A stretch of 64,000 nucleotides of DNA, taken from Vicugna vicugna. Its lineage: Eukaryota. Made by a program: the position numbers and the translations under genes. Below are positions 1 to 12,649 of this stretch, one piece after another; within the stretch, counting starts at the first letter, position 1; each line of letters opens with the position of its first letter. The notes beneath the pieces were generated by a model. That model was not told the DNA's origin. It searched no databases and worked only from the letters and a program-made list of their open reading frames with translations. Location: the NCBI GenBank assembly GCA_013265495.1, contig MU061537.1, forward strand, positions 496,001 through 560,000, written 5' to 3'.

Positions 1-2811
1 AGGTTTCTTCCTTAGGACAGATTTTTACCACTCAAAATTGTGTGTTGATATGTTCTGTACTTAGAAGCAATGCAGCTGCATTTCTTTTCAAAATAATCTA
101 TATCTGGGATTGCTTACCAAATCCTTATTTTGTATTAGAAGTTTCCTTTCACTCAGCAGCACTGTGACGGTTCACAGTGGGGAAAGGAACCTGCAGAACC
201 TCTGTTTCAGACCTGACCCCAGCTACCATGCTTTGAGGTGGGGGGAGAGGGGCCAGGAAGCAGGTAACCAGCCACTCCTCCACCATTACCAAGCTCCTCT
301 GCAGAGCTGTTGTTCCTTAAAGCCGAAAACAAGCCACCTCATTTCAAAACACACGCACACAGACAAAACCTCATTTCAACACAGTTATTTCCCTCTTTCT
401 GTTTCTCTGCTTTGCCTCACGGAGGATTTCTGAGAAACGAAGAAAACGTCACCTCCCACAGTTTCAGTCTGCAGTTTTGTTTTAATGATGGAGAGAAGAG
501 TTAGAGAAAGGAGTATGCTGCCTGGGCATACAGTATTGACCTAAAACTTCACAGATTAAGAGAAATGCCCTTCCCACAGCCCTTCAGCTGAGGTGGGCCC
601 CACCTTGTCTCAGATCTGGGCTTTCAGGGTCTGAAGAAATACACAAGCTGTCCTCTCAGGAGATGTCAGCAACAGAGCAGTGAAACCCAACAGCTGCTCC
701 CTGCAGCAGCCCAGCTGTCCCCGTCCCCTCCCCCCGCCTCATTCCCACCAAGGACAGGAGGTGGGTGGGAGCCGCTCCAGGCAGCCTCAGGAATGGCGGT
801 GTGCGCTGAGGATGGGATGCATGAAAGATCTGGGCATTGAGATTCAGGAATAAAATGTTCATGAAGGAGATGTTTCCTAGGGAAGCCCCTTCCCTCCCCC
901 CAGATCTGAACACCTGAGTCGTACCAGCCCTGTAGGGGAGGCTGAAATGTGTAGCACAATTTGTGAAACCAGCTCCTCCTACTAGACAAGAAAATGAGCT
1001 GTTTTTAGGGGCACAGAATTAAAGCCATTTCTTAATCAAAATAAAGTAGAAAACTCATCAAATTCAGGTAGCAACCCAACAGTTAAACACTTTTTTCCTT
1101 GTCTGCTTCCCTGGCTGTTTCCCAGCACACCTTGTTCCAGGACAACTTGAGTAAACACACATGTGACCACGGAGGGCGGGAAGAAAACCAAGTGGGGGTG
1201 GTGAAATTCTGAATGGAATGCAGCCCCAGCTAGTTAGGGGGCTTGGACTGAGACTTCTGGCACTGGCTGAGGATTTAAACAGGCAGAGAAGCCAAAACAA
1301 TGAGCTCATGGGCAAGAATGCAGCCTGTGGGGAAGTCTGGGCAGTCAGAGCAAACTGGTTTTTTGAACCAGGATGGGAATAGCTGTGATCAAGTCTCCCA
1401 CGGGAACAGGATTAGGGCGAGTGGAGCCACCATTCAGTATCTTAGGGTCCAGCTGAGTAACTTTTGAGGGGCTGTTCTTTATTAGTAAATTCTGTTCTGC
1501 AGAGAGCTTAGCAGGTCTGTTTAAAAACCTGGTTCCTTTCCCTACTTTTGTGAACTTGGGTGGGTAAAGGATGAGATGGCTGGTGGGATGTCTGAGTGAG
1601 CTATCCTAGGTGCTCTTAAGATGACTTTGTTCACAGCAGCTCTGCCGGTGCCAATTCCTACACCAGGGGCCAGTGATGGGTCAGATCCTTAGGGTGTGTG
1701 TGTTCAGGGCCAACTCGTTAACAAGACAGAGGAAACAACAGTGTCTGTCTTCTTTACTTCCCAAATAAACTCAACCCACCTGGCGGTGTGGGGCCAAATT
1801 CAGACTTCTGAGACCAAAAGAGATATTTTTTTTTCCTACCAATGTTTTGCAGTACTTTTATATAAGGCCCCAAATGGAAGAAACTGGAGAGATACAGCAT
1901 TCATTGGCCATTATGGTGAAGGGGAAGGCAGGGAGGGGACAGGAGAAGAAAAAAATTACCTATGAATCTCCCCCTCTCCTACCCCCAGCCGAGGTTCTTT
2001 CTCAACTCCATGCTTTTGTGCGTGTTTCCTACTCACTTTAAGGTCCAACCTCAAAATGTTTACTCTGAAGCCTTCTTGACCACCTCCTACTTCCAGAAGT
2101 TGTCACCCTGCTTTGTCCCACCCCTTGTCCTATATACCTTTATTATAGCACTTTGTACACTGTATTCTGATTATTTTTGTCTGTGGCATCATTCCTGCTA
2201 GACTGTGAGCTTTAACGCTGTGCTACAACTGCTTGCTTTCTGTGGGTTTGTTATGCACACATTCTTCAGATGTATGTCCCAAGAACAAGGATAATCTTTT
2301 ACATAACCACGACATAATACACTCAAGAAACTGAACACTGATACGGGACTATCTCACACATTGCCCACATTAAACTTCCCCCAACTGTCATCTCCCTTAC
2401 AGCTTTTTTTCATCCAGGATGCAAAGATCATTTAGTTGTCATGTTTCTTTTGACTGCTCCCTAGTTTTGTTTTTGTTTTTGTCATTGAGCTAATTCCACT
2501 GTGGTGGACAAATCATTTTAAAGTTAAGATTTACTTTGTGGCCCAGTACATGGTCAGTATTAGTAAATGTTACGTGTGCACGTAAAAGAATGTATTCTGC
2601 CATTGTTGGGTGGAGCAGTCTGTAAATGTCAGTTTGGCCTGGTTGGCTGTCGTGCTTGTCAAGATTTCTATTTAATTGATTTTATGCCTATTTGTTCTAT
2701 CAGTTATTGAGGGAGGGGCACTGAAATCTCCTACTATAAATGTGAACTTCTCAGTGTCCTCTTACACTTTTTTTTAAATGAGTTTTATTTTAAAAATATT
2801 TTAGTATTGCA

Positions 2812-2931
2812 TTATTTTATTAATTTTTTGGCAGGGGAGTGATTAGGTTTATTTTTAGAGGTACTGGGGATTGAACCCAGGACCTTGCACATGCTAAGCA
2901 AATGGTCTACCACTTGAGCTATACCCTCCCC
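2812..2931 (-). mobile_element. tRNA-derived SINE (camelid Vic-1-like)
   Basis: Reverse complement reads GGGGAGGGTATAGCTCAAGTGGTAGA...GGTCCTGGGTTCAATCCCCAGTACCTC (Pol III A/B boxes) followed by an A-rich tail; about 9 similar copies occur in the window. Confidence 0.85.
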
Positions 2932-4786
2932 ATCCCTAGTCTTTTCTGACTGACTTCCTTGAGGGGAAGAATGTCTCTGTAATTCCAGCATCCAACAGTG
3001 CATGGTGCACAGTAAGCAGTCCCCTGACAGGTAATAATAAATGAAGATGCAACAGACATCTGACTGCCTTGAGCTTGCTAAATGTCTTAGCTCACTGCAG
3101 TGTCAAAACATTCTTAATGAACTAAGGTAATCCCTGAATAGGGTTTGAGGAGAGAAGGCAAAATGGGTAAGAATACAGAAACAAGCCATGGAAACAGATA
3201 CTTGGAGGGGGTAAAATTCAGAGTAGTATTCTTGGCCCAAACACACTTCCCGCGTCAGGTAGTACTATGCAGGTTAAGAAAGTAACTGCAAAAATGAAAT
3301 CAGCATAGATAGCATGGGAACAAAAGCCTGCCATAAGTATTCTTTTTACCTCATGAGAATCATTAGTAAAGAACTCTGAATTCTGAGAGATCTGTTCCAT
3401 CTGCCTAGAGGCAGAGTCCCAACCCCCATCTTCCCACATGCTTCACATAACTAAGATAACATTGTAACCACTTGGAAACTAAACAGGGACAGAGTTAAAA
3501 TTTCCAATCTTGAAACCAGAAGCCTTGAACAGTGTGGGAGGGTTCAGGAAGACAAAGTTCTACAATCACTGAACAAGTGGAGCCAAAAGGAACTAGGATA
3601 AATTCAGACAGACACAGCCGATCAGCTCCAACCCCAGGAATTAAGGGCTTGTACTCTGGGCATCTGGCTGGAGCCATGCTACACACCAGTTGGACAAATT
3701 ATTTCACTTCAACTTTTGTAAAACCCTCCAGCTGTCACAACTGCTTTAAAGAAAAATGTTCTGAAACAGATAAGCAAGAGCTGGCACTAAAGTTGAAAAA
3801 CGGAACTAAATAAAAAGCCCAGTTGTGTCAGATGAGGGGAAGCGCTGATTATGTTGACACCCTCAGTGACTCATGCTGCTGGTTACCATTTGACTCAAGG
3901 TTTTAACGTGTTAAACTAAGGAATATTGCCATAGAAAGAGCTTCTTCACATCACAACACAGCAACGGGTGCAGTAGTGCCGTGCAGAACGTAACTCGGAT
4001 CAAGATTTGGGCCTCAAGTCCTGTGCTATCCACCCTCCACTGCTCAGCTTGGGAGTTCACTGTACAAAACAGTTTTCTTTGTAATGATAAAAAGTTGCCC
4101 CCTTTTGGTAGTCAAGCTCCAGCAAGAGAGGGGCTGCCCAACAGAAATGCACAAAACCTGATAGGGGGAAAGCCCAGAATCCTGTTCGCATGACTAGTAG
4201 CATTTGGTGCCCGGGCTTAAAAACCAATATGCAAATCTCCTATTTGCACGTTTCCATGGTGACTGGCTCCCTTTCAAGGTAGCTGTAAATAAGAGGCAGG
4301 ACAGGGCTTCTGATACTGACTTCCTTATTCTCACCTTTCTCAGGGAAAAGGGGAAAGTACTGAAGCGTGAGTACGAAGAACCTTATCAAAAGTCTTAATT
4401 CTTCTAGCTCTTTCACTCATCTCAAAAGGTTTAATGAGATGGGGAGATTCAATAACCCCTGTAACGAACCCTCTTAACCCAAGTTATACCAACACTAGAA
4501 GATATCAAGACAGGGAATTTGATTTCTGTATTAAGATGTACAGGAACTATTCCAAACTACAGCAGTAATACATTTAATTAAAAAGCCAACACCTCTAATT
4601 TGAATGAAAGAAGGGGTTTTTCTGAAGGAAACTTCTGCTCTAAGGCAAATCATTTTATGGGGCTTTTGCTGTTTAATTCACCTATTTGCTCAGCTGACAT
4701 GCCTCAGATTAATTGCCTAAGAGGGGGAAGGAAAACAGGAATGGATTAGAAAACAACCGTACCACACCTTGTATTTGAATAAAAGA

Positions 4787-4792
4787 TTTATT
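4787..4792 (-). terminator. MCL1: MCL1 distal polyadenylation signal AATAAA
   Basis: TTTATT on plus, about 2.8 kb downstream of the stop; matches the expected long MCL1 3'UTR. Confidence 0.75.
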
Positions 4793-6143
4793 TTCTTCTC
4801 AGGAAAAACAGGAAGTTAGGGAAACACACATTTACAGCCCACAGTAATTTGTAGTTGGTCCTAACCCTTCCTGGCACAGCTGTCAACAGCGTTAGCTGTT
4901 TAACCAGAACCAAGGTGTTTACCCCCAATAGAATGTGCACGGACGACACTAGAGGACTGCAGGTTTCTCCCTGAGAGAAGCATCAGAAAGAAGTTGCTGA
5001 GCAAGCCATCTTTCCAAGCAGCCCCTCCTCCCTTTCCACGTTGGAGGATTTGCCTGAACTATGCAGCTAGTCAGCACTTAAGAACACATGCCTCCTCTCC
5101 CTACAGAACCACCCACTCTCCCCCCAGAGCACTTGGGCTCCCTAAGCCCTCACAGCCCCTGACCCAAAATATCACCTAAGATCCTCATCTACATTTCAGC
5201 AGTCATACCTAGTAAACTGGGAAATGGGGCCCCTAAACTCCACCAATCTACATCTCTGCACTTAATTCCACAACTGGCTATGGGGAGACAGGCCTTTTAG
5301 TCACGTAACCAGATCTTAAGATTTATTAACTACATAAAGTGCTTTTAGGTCCTTAGAGACAGACATGATATAAATAAGTGGTCTATGATCAAGAACGATA
5401 AATACACAGGTAAAAACAGCTCTAGATAGATGACCTTATGGCTCGGAGATGGGCGGGCAGGGCAATTCTTCCCTATTACATTCTTAGTCATTTTATTCAC
5501 GCCTATTTGTGTCTGGCGTCCACATACTAAAGGTCACACTCGGAGGCTGAAGCTTTCAAATGACCCTAGTTCCTCTATGGAAGCTTTCTTCAGCTTACCA
5601 GTAGCTTTTATGTAACTGAGGTCTACTAGAGCCCACCAATTTTTACAACTTTCAGTGAGCACATTTAAATGCAAAGGAACTTGAGAGGTTAAGACGTTGT
5701 TCTCTATTCTGAAAATCCCTAACGGGACTTTTGAAATTTTCTCCCCAAGACAGGATAAAGCAACAACCAAAAAGGTATCAGTCAAGGAAAAGGGACTCTT
5801 CTTACGTCATGACTGTTACTGTCAGCACCCATCGTACAACCACCTCCTGAGGACAAAATTCAAGAAGGATTGAAGTCTGAACTCTAGGGTCGCCACTTAG
5901 GTTCCTAGTGCCAAAACTAAAAGGGCTAGTAAGAGTTCATGGATGGCTTGGTAAATCTGTAGAAACCAATATATATGAGTAACTGCAGAGGAAGCAGAAC
6001 AAGCAGCAAGAAATTTCAAGGAAGGATAGGAAGCAAACGGTAAGTATGATAAAACATCAAGTCTTAAATCCACAAGAGATGCCAATGTAATACAAAAATT
6101 TGAGACAAAGCTTAAAAATCATTAACAGAAATGAAGTACTTGT

Positions 6144-6149
6144 TTTATT
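6144..6149 (-). terminator. MCL1: MCL1 proximal polyadenylation signal AATAAA
   Basis: TTTATT on plus, about 1.47 kb after the stop; MCL1 is known to use alternative polyadenylation. Confidence 0.6.
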
Positions 6150-7611
6150 AATATACTAGGCTTAGACCCGTGCTTAACAAGCAAGCCTAATAATAGCACC
6201 ATGGTTATTAGACTATGGCCTGCTTTTCCAAGCCATCATTTTACAATTTATTAAGCAAATAAGGGATCAAATGTCTCTCATCCACCTGATATGATCTTTT
6301 TATACATACTGCTAATAAGTCCCACTTGGAACAGCTGAAAATCCTTTAGCAAAAGCTTTGAAGATTAGCTCATGAGCTCAGTTTAAATTTCACCAATTAA
6401 ACGAGGTCAAATGAAAGGAACTCAAATGAGTAGTTGCCCAATCAGAGCCCATTATTTTTAAGTCATCAGCCTGTGTGCCCCACTCCCCAAATACAACTCT
6501 GCCTTGACTCAATTTTTGACAATCCACATATAATGAAGGATTAATTTCTATTCCTCAATTTCTCAGTCTCAGGTTAAAAAAAAAAAATCGAAACCAAAAC
6601 CCCGCTCTGCCCCAAAACCTATCTAAGGAATACTTACCAAAATGAGATAGGAAAAATTAAATCCTGCATAGTTATAAATCAGAATTGTTCCACTACAACC
6701 AGGTTGCATACAATTACATCGGTTGGTTTTGTATACAATCTAGGACTAGAACAAAGTTTACAATAGAAAAGCTGTAAGAAATAGGTTCCTAACTACAGAA
6801 GTTGTAAATTTCCAAGGGTATGAAAAAACTAAATTCCACTTTCCCCTCTTTACATTTCAAATAATTTTCTGTAAAATATACAATTTTTACAGACAAATAC
6901 ATTTACAAGTTTTTGTCTTAAAAACTGAGGATAATCCTAATTCATAACTGTAATTGAGCCTTATCAAGTTCCTGGCCATCACACTAGGCTAACAGACCAA
7001 GAACCACGCAAAACAAGTCAAATCTGAACAGGTATAAACGTCCTGAGCACTTGGACTTTCTATTCTTCAGGAAGTACACCTGGGAAAGCAAACAGAGGAA
7101 ACAGCTTCCCCTGACTGTTGTACAGTACTGAGGCTTCTAGTCATAGTTCCATCACTTGTAGCTTAAATCCATTGTGCACACACCACTGGCGTTGTTAGTG
7201 CTTCTCTTTCAACTCTATAAAAAGTTAATGAATTCAATGGGCATATTTAATGAACTCTGTGACTACCCCGGCTACTGGCCACTTTCCTGTTCTAGGCAAG
7301 ATAGTCTCTCCACTTTTATCATCGTCACTAAAACTAAAAGTCCTCTTCCATGGCCTCCTTAAGTTTGCCTGTTGCCGAAAACAAGCTCGGCTTCCTTCAG
7401 ACAGTGAGAGAGGGGATTACTTTTCCCATGTATTTATTTCTTTTAGCCACAATCCTCCTGCCACTTGTTTTTCTCCCTTGCTAGAGAAGAACTTGTGGAG
7501 GTTACAGCTTGGACAGCTTGAAGTCCAATTCATAAATACATTTGATTTCACAGCAGATGCATATGGTTTTGGTGGCTGAAGTTGGTCGAGCCAATTATTG
7601 CACTTAAAAGG

Positions 7612-7728
7612 CTATCTTATTAGATATGCCAAACCAGCTCCTACTCCAGCAACACCTGCAAAAGCCAGCAGCACATTTCTGATGCCACCTTCTAGGTCCT
7701 CTACATGGAAGAACTCCACAAACCCATC
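7612..7728 (-). CDS. MCL1: MCL1 exon 3 (end of BH2 and transmembrane anchor)
   Basis: ttttctag|GATGGG... encodes DGFVEFFHVEDLEGGIRNVLLAFAGVAGVGAGLAYLIR*; 117 nt. Confidence 0.97.
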   Translation of the reverse strand, partial: DGFVEFFHVEDLEGGIRNVLLAFAGVAGVGAGLAYLIR

Positions 7729-8249
7729 CTAGAAAACAAAAAAGAAAAGCACATTTTCAAGTATGGGCTTCCACTGGCTTAAAAACACTACTTACAAAGA
7801 AAAGATAAAAGTATTTAAGGTTCTCCCCAAAATGCAACATGGAATCAATTATTATTTACTCCCAGACTGCAAAAGAGACACACATTATGCAATTAAAAGG
7901 GAGGGGGCCTCAAGAATGAATGTAATTTACTCTCATCCCCAGGTGATTCTTATTTCTTCAAAATTTGAATCCACTGGTGTGAGGAGTATCCAGCTGAATT
8001 ACAATAAAATGCCCAAAGCAAAAGGCTCAATGAGTAAAAGAGCCTACAGAAAAACAGGATTTTTGATGCAACAGTTCAAGACAATCATACCATACTCTCC
8101 ATACCCACTACTTAATATCAACATCAAGCAACCAGATGTCCATAAGTTAGAGCCTGAAAACTGAATTATGCATCTTAAAAACCTTTAGATATCTGGGCTT
8201 TCTCCATTCCACTTCCACTCCAAGGCCCCTCTTCAACCTTAGAACTTAC

Positions 8250-8497
8250 CCAGCCTCTTTGTTTGACTAGCCAGTCTCGTTTTGTCCTTACGAGAACATC
8301 TGTGATGCTTTCTGCCAATGGTTCGATGCAGCTTTCTTGGTTTATACTCTTCAAGTGTTTGGCCACAAAGGCACCAAAAGAAATAAGAGTCACAATCCTG
8401 CCCCAGTTTGTTACTCCGTCACTGAAAACATGAACCATCACTCGAGACAAAGATTTGACATCATCTTCGTTTTTGATGTCCAGTTTCCGAAGCATGC
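8250..8497 (-). CDS. MCL1: MCL1 exon 2 (BH1/BH2)
   Basis: cag|GC ATG...TGG|gtaag; 248 nt; contains NWGRIVTLISFG. Confidence 0.98.
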
Positions 8498-8841
8498 CTG
8501 AGAGGAAGAAAAGCATGCAGGTTCTCACGGCTTCCTTTGTCTAAACCAGGGCACGATTCTCCTGCCCACTCACGGCGGGGGAAATCGCCATTTGGGCTCT
8601 ATAGAACTAAGGCCGATCCCGCTTAAAAATTGACATCCCACCCTTTCCGGGCTTTGAACAGAACTGCCATTTCCAAAAGACTCAAGTGGGCGGAAACAAT
8701 GACTCACGGCCAGAATATTCTGGTTTCAGAAATACGATGAGAGTCATTTCAACTGACTCGTTTCGGTTTCCACCCATAGAAGGTGGGTGAGTCCAGAGAG
8801 CCGAGAAAACCAAGTGCGACCTTCGCCACTAACCCGCTTAC

Positions 8842-9532
8842 CTTGGAAGGCCGTCTCGTGGTTGCGCTGCACACCGTCCCCGACCCGTCGTAGGGTCTCT
8901 AACGCCTTCCGGATGGCGCTCCCAGACCCGCCCACTGCCTTCGCGTCCTTGGCGCCGGTGGCCTGCTCCCGAAGGTACCGAGAGATAATCTCCAGTGACT
9001 GCCGGTACAACTCGTCCTCCTCCTCCTCTGCGGGGGGAGGCGTCGAGGGAAGTGAGCCGTCCGTGCAGGGGCCACTACTGGCCTCCCCGACCAGCTCCAG
9101 CAAGGGCAGGACGGCCGGCCGCTTCGAGAGAGGCTCCGGCTCGTAGCCGTCCAGCTCCTCTTCGGGCGACATTATGGCGTCGGAGGCCGGGGATTCCATC
9201 TCTTCAGGCGGCGACGCGCGGCGGGAGGGCGCGAAGAATAGCAGCCTGGTGGGGGTCGCGGTGACGTCGGGGCCCTCGGCACCAATGGGCGAGGGCCGCG
9301 CGACTCTCCGGGCGTCCGGCGCAACAGTGGCCGGGGGGCTCCCGCCGGCGCTTCCGCCCATCACCGGGCCGGCTTCCCCTCCCCCTACCTCTCGCCGGGC
9401 CGTGGCCTCCTTCCCGGCGGCCAAAAGCCGCCCTCCGGGAGCGGAGGCACCGCTGCCACTGCCAGCCCCCAACCCGGCCCCGCCACAGTAGAGGTTGAGT
9501 CCAATTACTGCGTTTCTCTGGAGGCCAAACAT
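8842..9532 (-). CDS. MCL1: MCL1 exon 1 (PEST region, phosphodegron SLPSTPP, BH3 LRRVGDG)
   Basis: MFGLQRNAVIGLNLYCGG...HETAFQ G|gtaag; 691 nt; total CDS 1056 nt = 351 aa. Confidence 0.98.
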
Positions 9533-9960
9533 CGCAAACCGCCGCCGTCGCCACCTGGTGAGAAAAACGGGGGAGACCCCGACTCCTTACTTGAAGGAAG
9601 CGGAAGTCAGAAGTGAGAGAGGCGCTCCTAGATCACGGTTTTAGGGCCCGTCCTACGCGGTGGCGTCAGCACTTTTAAAAAAATTGGATCTCCATAAAAG
9701 GGGGAAGGGGCGGAAGCTTCCGGCGACTGCGCACGGCACCTAACCGGCGGGGCAGGGCAGGGGCGGGGCCTCGGGCTGGGCGGGGCCTTCCGGCTCTCGC
9801 GGACGGTTACGTAACGGCGGCCCCGGCGCCTGGGCCGGTGGGCTCGCCCTCCTTCCCTACGCGGACCCTGGCGGCTAATAATGGCCGTCTCGGTGTTTCC
9901 TGAGCCCTGATTTGCGAGCTCCGGCTGTTGCTTTTGTGCCAGAGGGTTTTTCCCCACACC
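9533..9960 (-). promoter_or_regulatory. MCL1: MCL1 5'UTR and CpG-island promoter
   Basis: CArG box CCATAAAAGG 9692-9701 next to ETS CGGAAG 9711-9716 (SRF/Elk-1-type serum response element), CRE-like TGGCGTCA 9661-9668, GC boxes, bZIP palindrome GTTACGTAAC 9806-9815. Confidence 0.85.
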
Positions 9961-11619
9961 AAAGCCTTAACCGTGGAGTCACTCAGAGGCTGAGGAAGGA
10001 AGATGAGTAAATTCTGCCACGGATGGGGAACAACAGTCTTAGATAATAGGGATAAATAAAAGGCACTGTTGGGAACCTGTAGTTATTCTGCACATCCTCA
10101 GCTCTCTTCTCTCATTCCAACATTGTTTGGAAATGGGGACGCTCCATGGAGTGTCCTATAGAATCATTTTTCTGTAAATTGACAAAATGAAATTGTTCTG
10201 CCTCAGCTAAATTTTATTCGTATCTTCTTTCTACCATGGCCCATCTCTGTTCTCTGGTGTTATTTATATACAAGCCTTTCTCTTCTGAGGCTCTTGACAC
10301 CATTCATTTATGTTAATAATAAGAAACATTTGAATCTAAGGCTAAACCCCTTGAGGACAAGGATCCTGTTATATAGCATATATGTGAGTTAACATTAACT
10401 GAAGGGTCTATGCAGCTTAGAGGTAAGGAGTCAGCATGTCTCCAGGAGGTCTGGGAGGTCCTGTCCTCGGGGACTTTTAGTTCGCTGGTATTATTCAGAG
10501 TCAGAGGAACCTCTGGAGTAGTGCACACTCCATATTAAGAATGGCTCTTGTTCTTAGGATAACTATACAGGCCACAGTCCTAACCTCAAAAGAAAAGCAT
10601 TGTTGACATCCCGAATATGCCAGTCTTTCTTGTAGGCATGTATTGAATCCTTTGAAATTTCCCCAGACTGTGAGCACATGTCCTCCTCAAAATATGCCTA
10701 TGTTTCAGAGAATTCATTAAAAAAAAAAAAGGTCCTGGTATGGGAATTAAGATGTGCTCTGATAGCCTTGTTATCTAGTCTTCGGTGCCTGAAATTGGGT
10801 GTACTTAATATCTCATGTTGCCTTCCCGCTTCTCTAATTAAAAAACTCTTGCTCTTATCCTTACTGTCTCTCTTAATTATTCAACCCTTTTATTCCTCAG
10901 TCTGGTAAAGCAGAGGGTTTTTGTTTTGTTTTGTTTTTAGGCCCTATATGAAATTCAGGTTTTGGGAGACTCTCCACTCAGCTGATAAAAATTTCCAGAA
11001 CTACCAAAGCACCTTGTTCTCTTTCTCCAAGTTGAGGCTAATCATTTACTTTTAAATTATTTCCAAGGCCTCTTCATACCATCCTCAGTCATGTGACCCT
11101 CTAATTTTTGAGGGAGGTAAAACTTCTGGGTGCTAATCAAACAAAATTACATTCCCCAAGATAATCTAGTGACCCTAGAAAGAGTTACTTGAAAAAGCTC
11201 TAGCATTATATTAAATGATCATGTGGTCATCTTTTTGCCTTATTTCTGTGTGCATAATTTTCCCTAAATAATACCCCCTGTGACCATAATCTCCAAAGAT
11301 TATTCTTGATCACACACTAAAAACATTGATCTCATGTTTTTATGTCAAAATCATTAATTGAACTTCTTGCTTAGTTGGCCATTTTCTACACTTCTGTTGC
11401 ATACCATCTCTTTCATACTGTGCCTCCAGCATCAGTATCTTTCTACTTTCCTGTCATAACACTGTAATGTCATTTTTGCTTACAAGATCATAATTTCAGG
11501 CCCTAGTCTCCACAGGTAACACTAGCATATAATTAGGGTTCAGTAGCCTTTTAGAAGGTGTGGCAGACGTTCCTAGTTGCCTTATTCAATATTCATCCTT
11601 TTTCCTTTCTGACAAAGCC

Positions 11620-11990
11620 AGAGTTGGCATGGTGGTTCCATAATGGTCAGGAATTCATGTTCCTTCTGTTGTTCTGCTATCCTCATACATACTTTTCTAC
11701 CTCATGGTCTGAGATGGCTGGCCTCATCCACGTTATCTGCAGTCCAACCAGCACGAAGCAGAAAAGGGAAGAGAAGGGAGCTTAGCTTCCTTTAATGATA
11801 CTTCCCAGAAGTTGCATACCATTTTTGTTAATATCCTGTTAGCTAGAAATTAGTTACATGATCTTCTAGCTGCAAGGGAGTCTTTATTCTAAGAATACAA
11901 TCTTTATTCAGAGTGTCTGTGTGCCCAGCTAAAAACTGGAGATTCTGTTACTATAGAAGAAAGGAAGCATAACCAGCAGTCTCTACCACT
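11620..11990. mobile_element. MaLR LTR fragment (MLT1-like)
   Basis: Resembles MLT1 consensus segments (cttcccagaagttgca...tagttacatg...ctagctgcaagggag); recognised from memory. Confidence 0.55.
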
Positions 11991-12430
11991 ATGTGTAAAA
12001 CTATATGGAGAAAATTATAAAATTCTATTGAAATACATTAAACAAAGCCCAAGAGAGACATAAACAATGTCCACAGATAGGAAGACTCATAATTATAAAA
12101 ATGTCAATTCTCCTTCAAACTGATGTATAGATTGAATGCAGTTCCAAATAAGGAAATGGATAAGTTGATTTTAAAACTTGCATGGAAGAGGGGAATGGTA
12201 TAGCTCAGTGGTAGAGTACATGCCTAGCATACACGAGGTCCTGGGTTCAATCCCCAGTACCTCCATTCAATCAATCAATCAAATTACCTCCTCCTATCAA
12301 AAAACCCCCCAAAAAACAACAAAAAACTTACATGGAAAACCAAAGGGCCAAGACTAGGTAAGACAGTCTTGAAAGTGAAAAAAAAAAACAAACAAAAAAA
12401 CCCAACAACACTGAGGAGACTACCCATGCA
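11990..12430 (+). mobile_element. Old L1 ORF2 fragment interrupted by a SINE
   Basis: ggaagactcataatt...atgtcaattctcc...aaaacttgcatggaa...aagggccaagac are typical L1 ORF2 3' sequence. Confidence 0.7.
12188..12322 (+). mobile_element. Vic-1-like SINE with 15-bp TSD
   Basis: A/B boxes; TSD aaaacttgcatggaa 12173-12187 and aaaacttacatggaa 12323-12337. Confidence 0.9.
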
Positions 12431-12649
12431 GGGGGTAGTAAACTTAGTTTACTACTCAATTTCAAATGTTCTCCTTTTGGCCTGGGAATGGCACTCAGAC
12501 TTCTCTTCTGTGAAGTCTGACAGTGGAGCCTGCAGCAGCAGGTTCCAGTTGAACCAGGTTCCTTTGCTGTTGGCCGAAAAGGCAATGTGAGCAATATCCA
12601 AAATCCTTAACTAATAATAGATTATTGATCTCTAGTATATACCATCAGG

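Larger units (their letters stand above)
4770..7611 (-). other. MCL1: MCL1 3'UTR with miRNA seed sites
   Basis: Seed matches on minus: miR-133 4855-4861, miR-125 4968-4975, miR-17/20 5335-5342, miR-29 6194-6201, miR-153 6665-6671, miR-101 7121-7128, miR-193 7273-7280. Confidence 0.8.

Noticed and set aside
8787..9491. Plus-strand ORFs over MCL1 exon 1
   Set aside because: Antisense shadow ORFs of a GC-rich coding exon; no independent support
12188..12265. tRNA-like sequences (GGTATAGCTCAGTGGTAGAG...GGTTCAATCCCC)
   Set aside because: SINE heads with A-rich tails, TSDs and divergent copies, not tRNA genes
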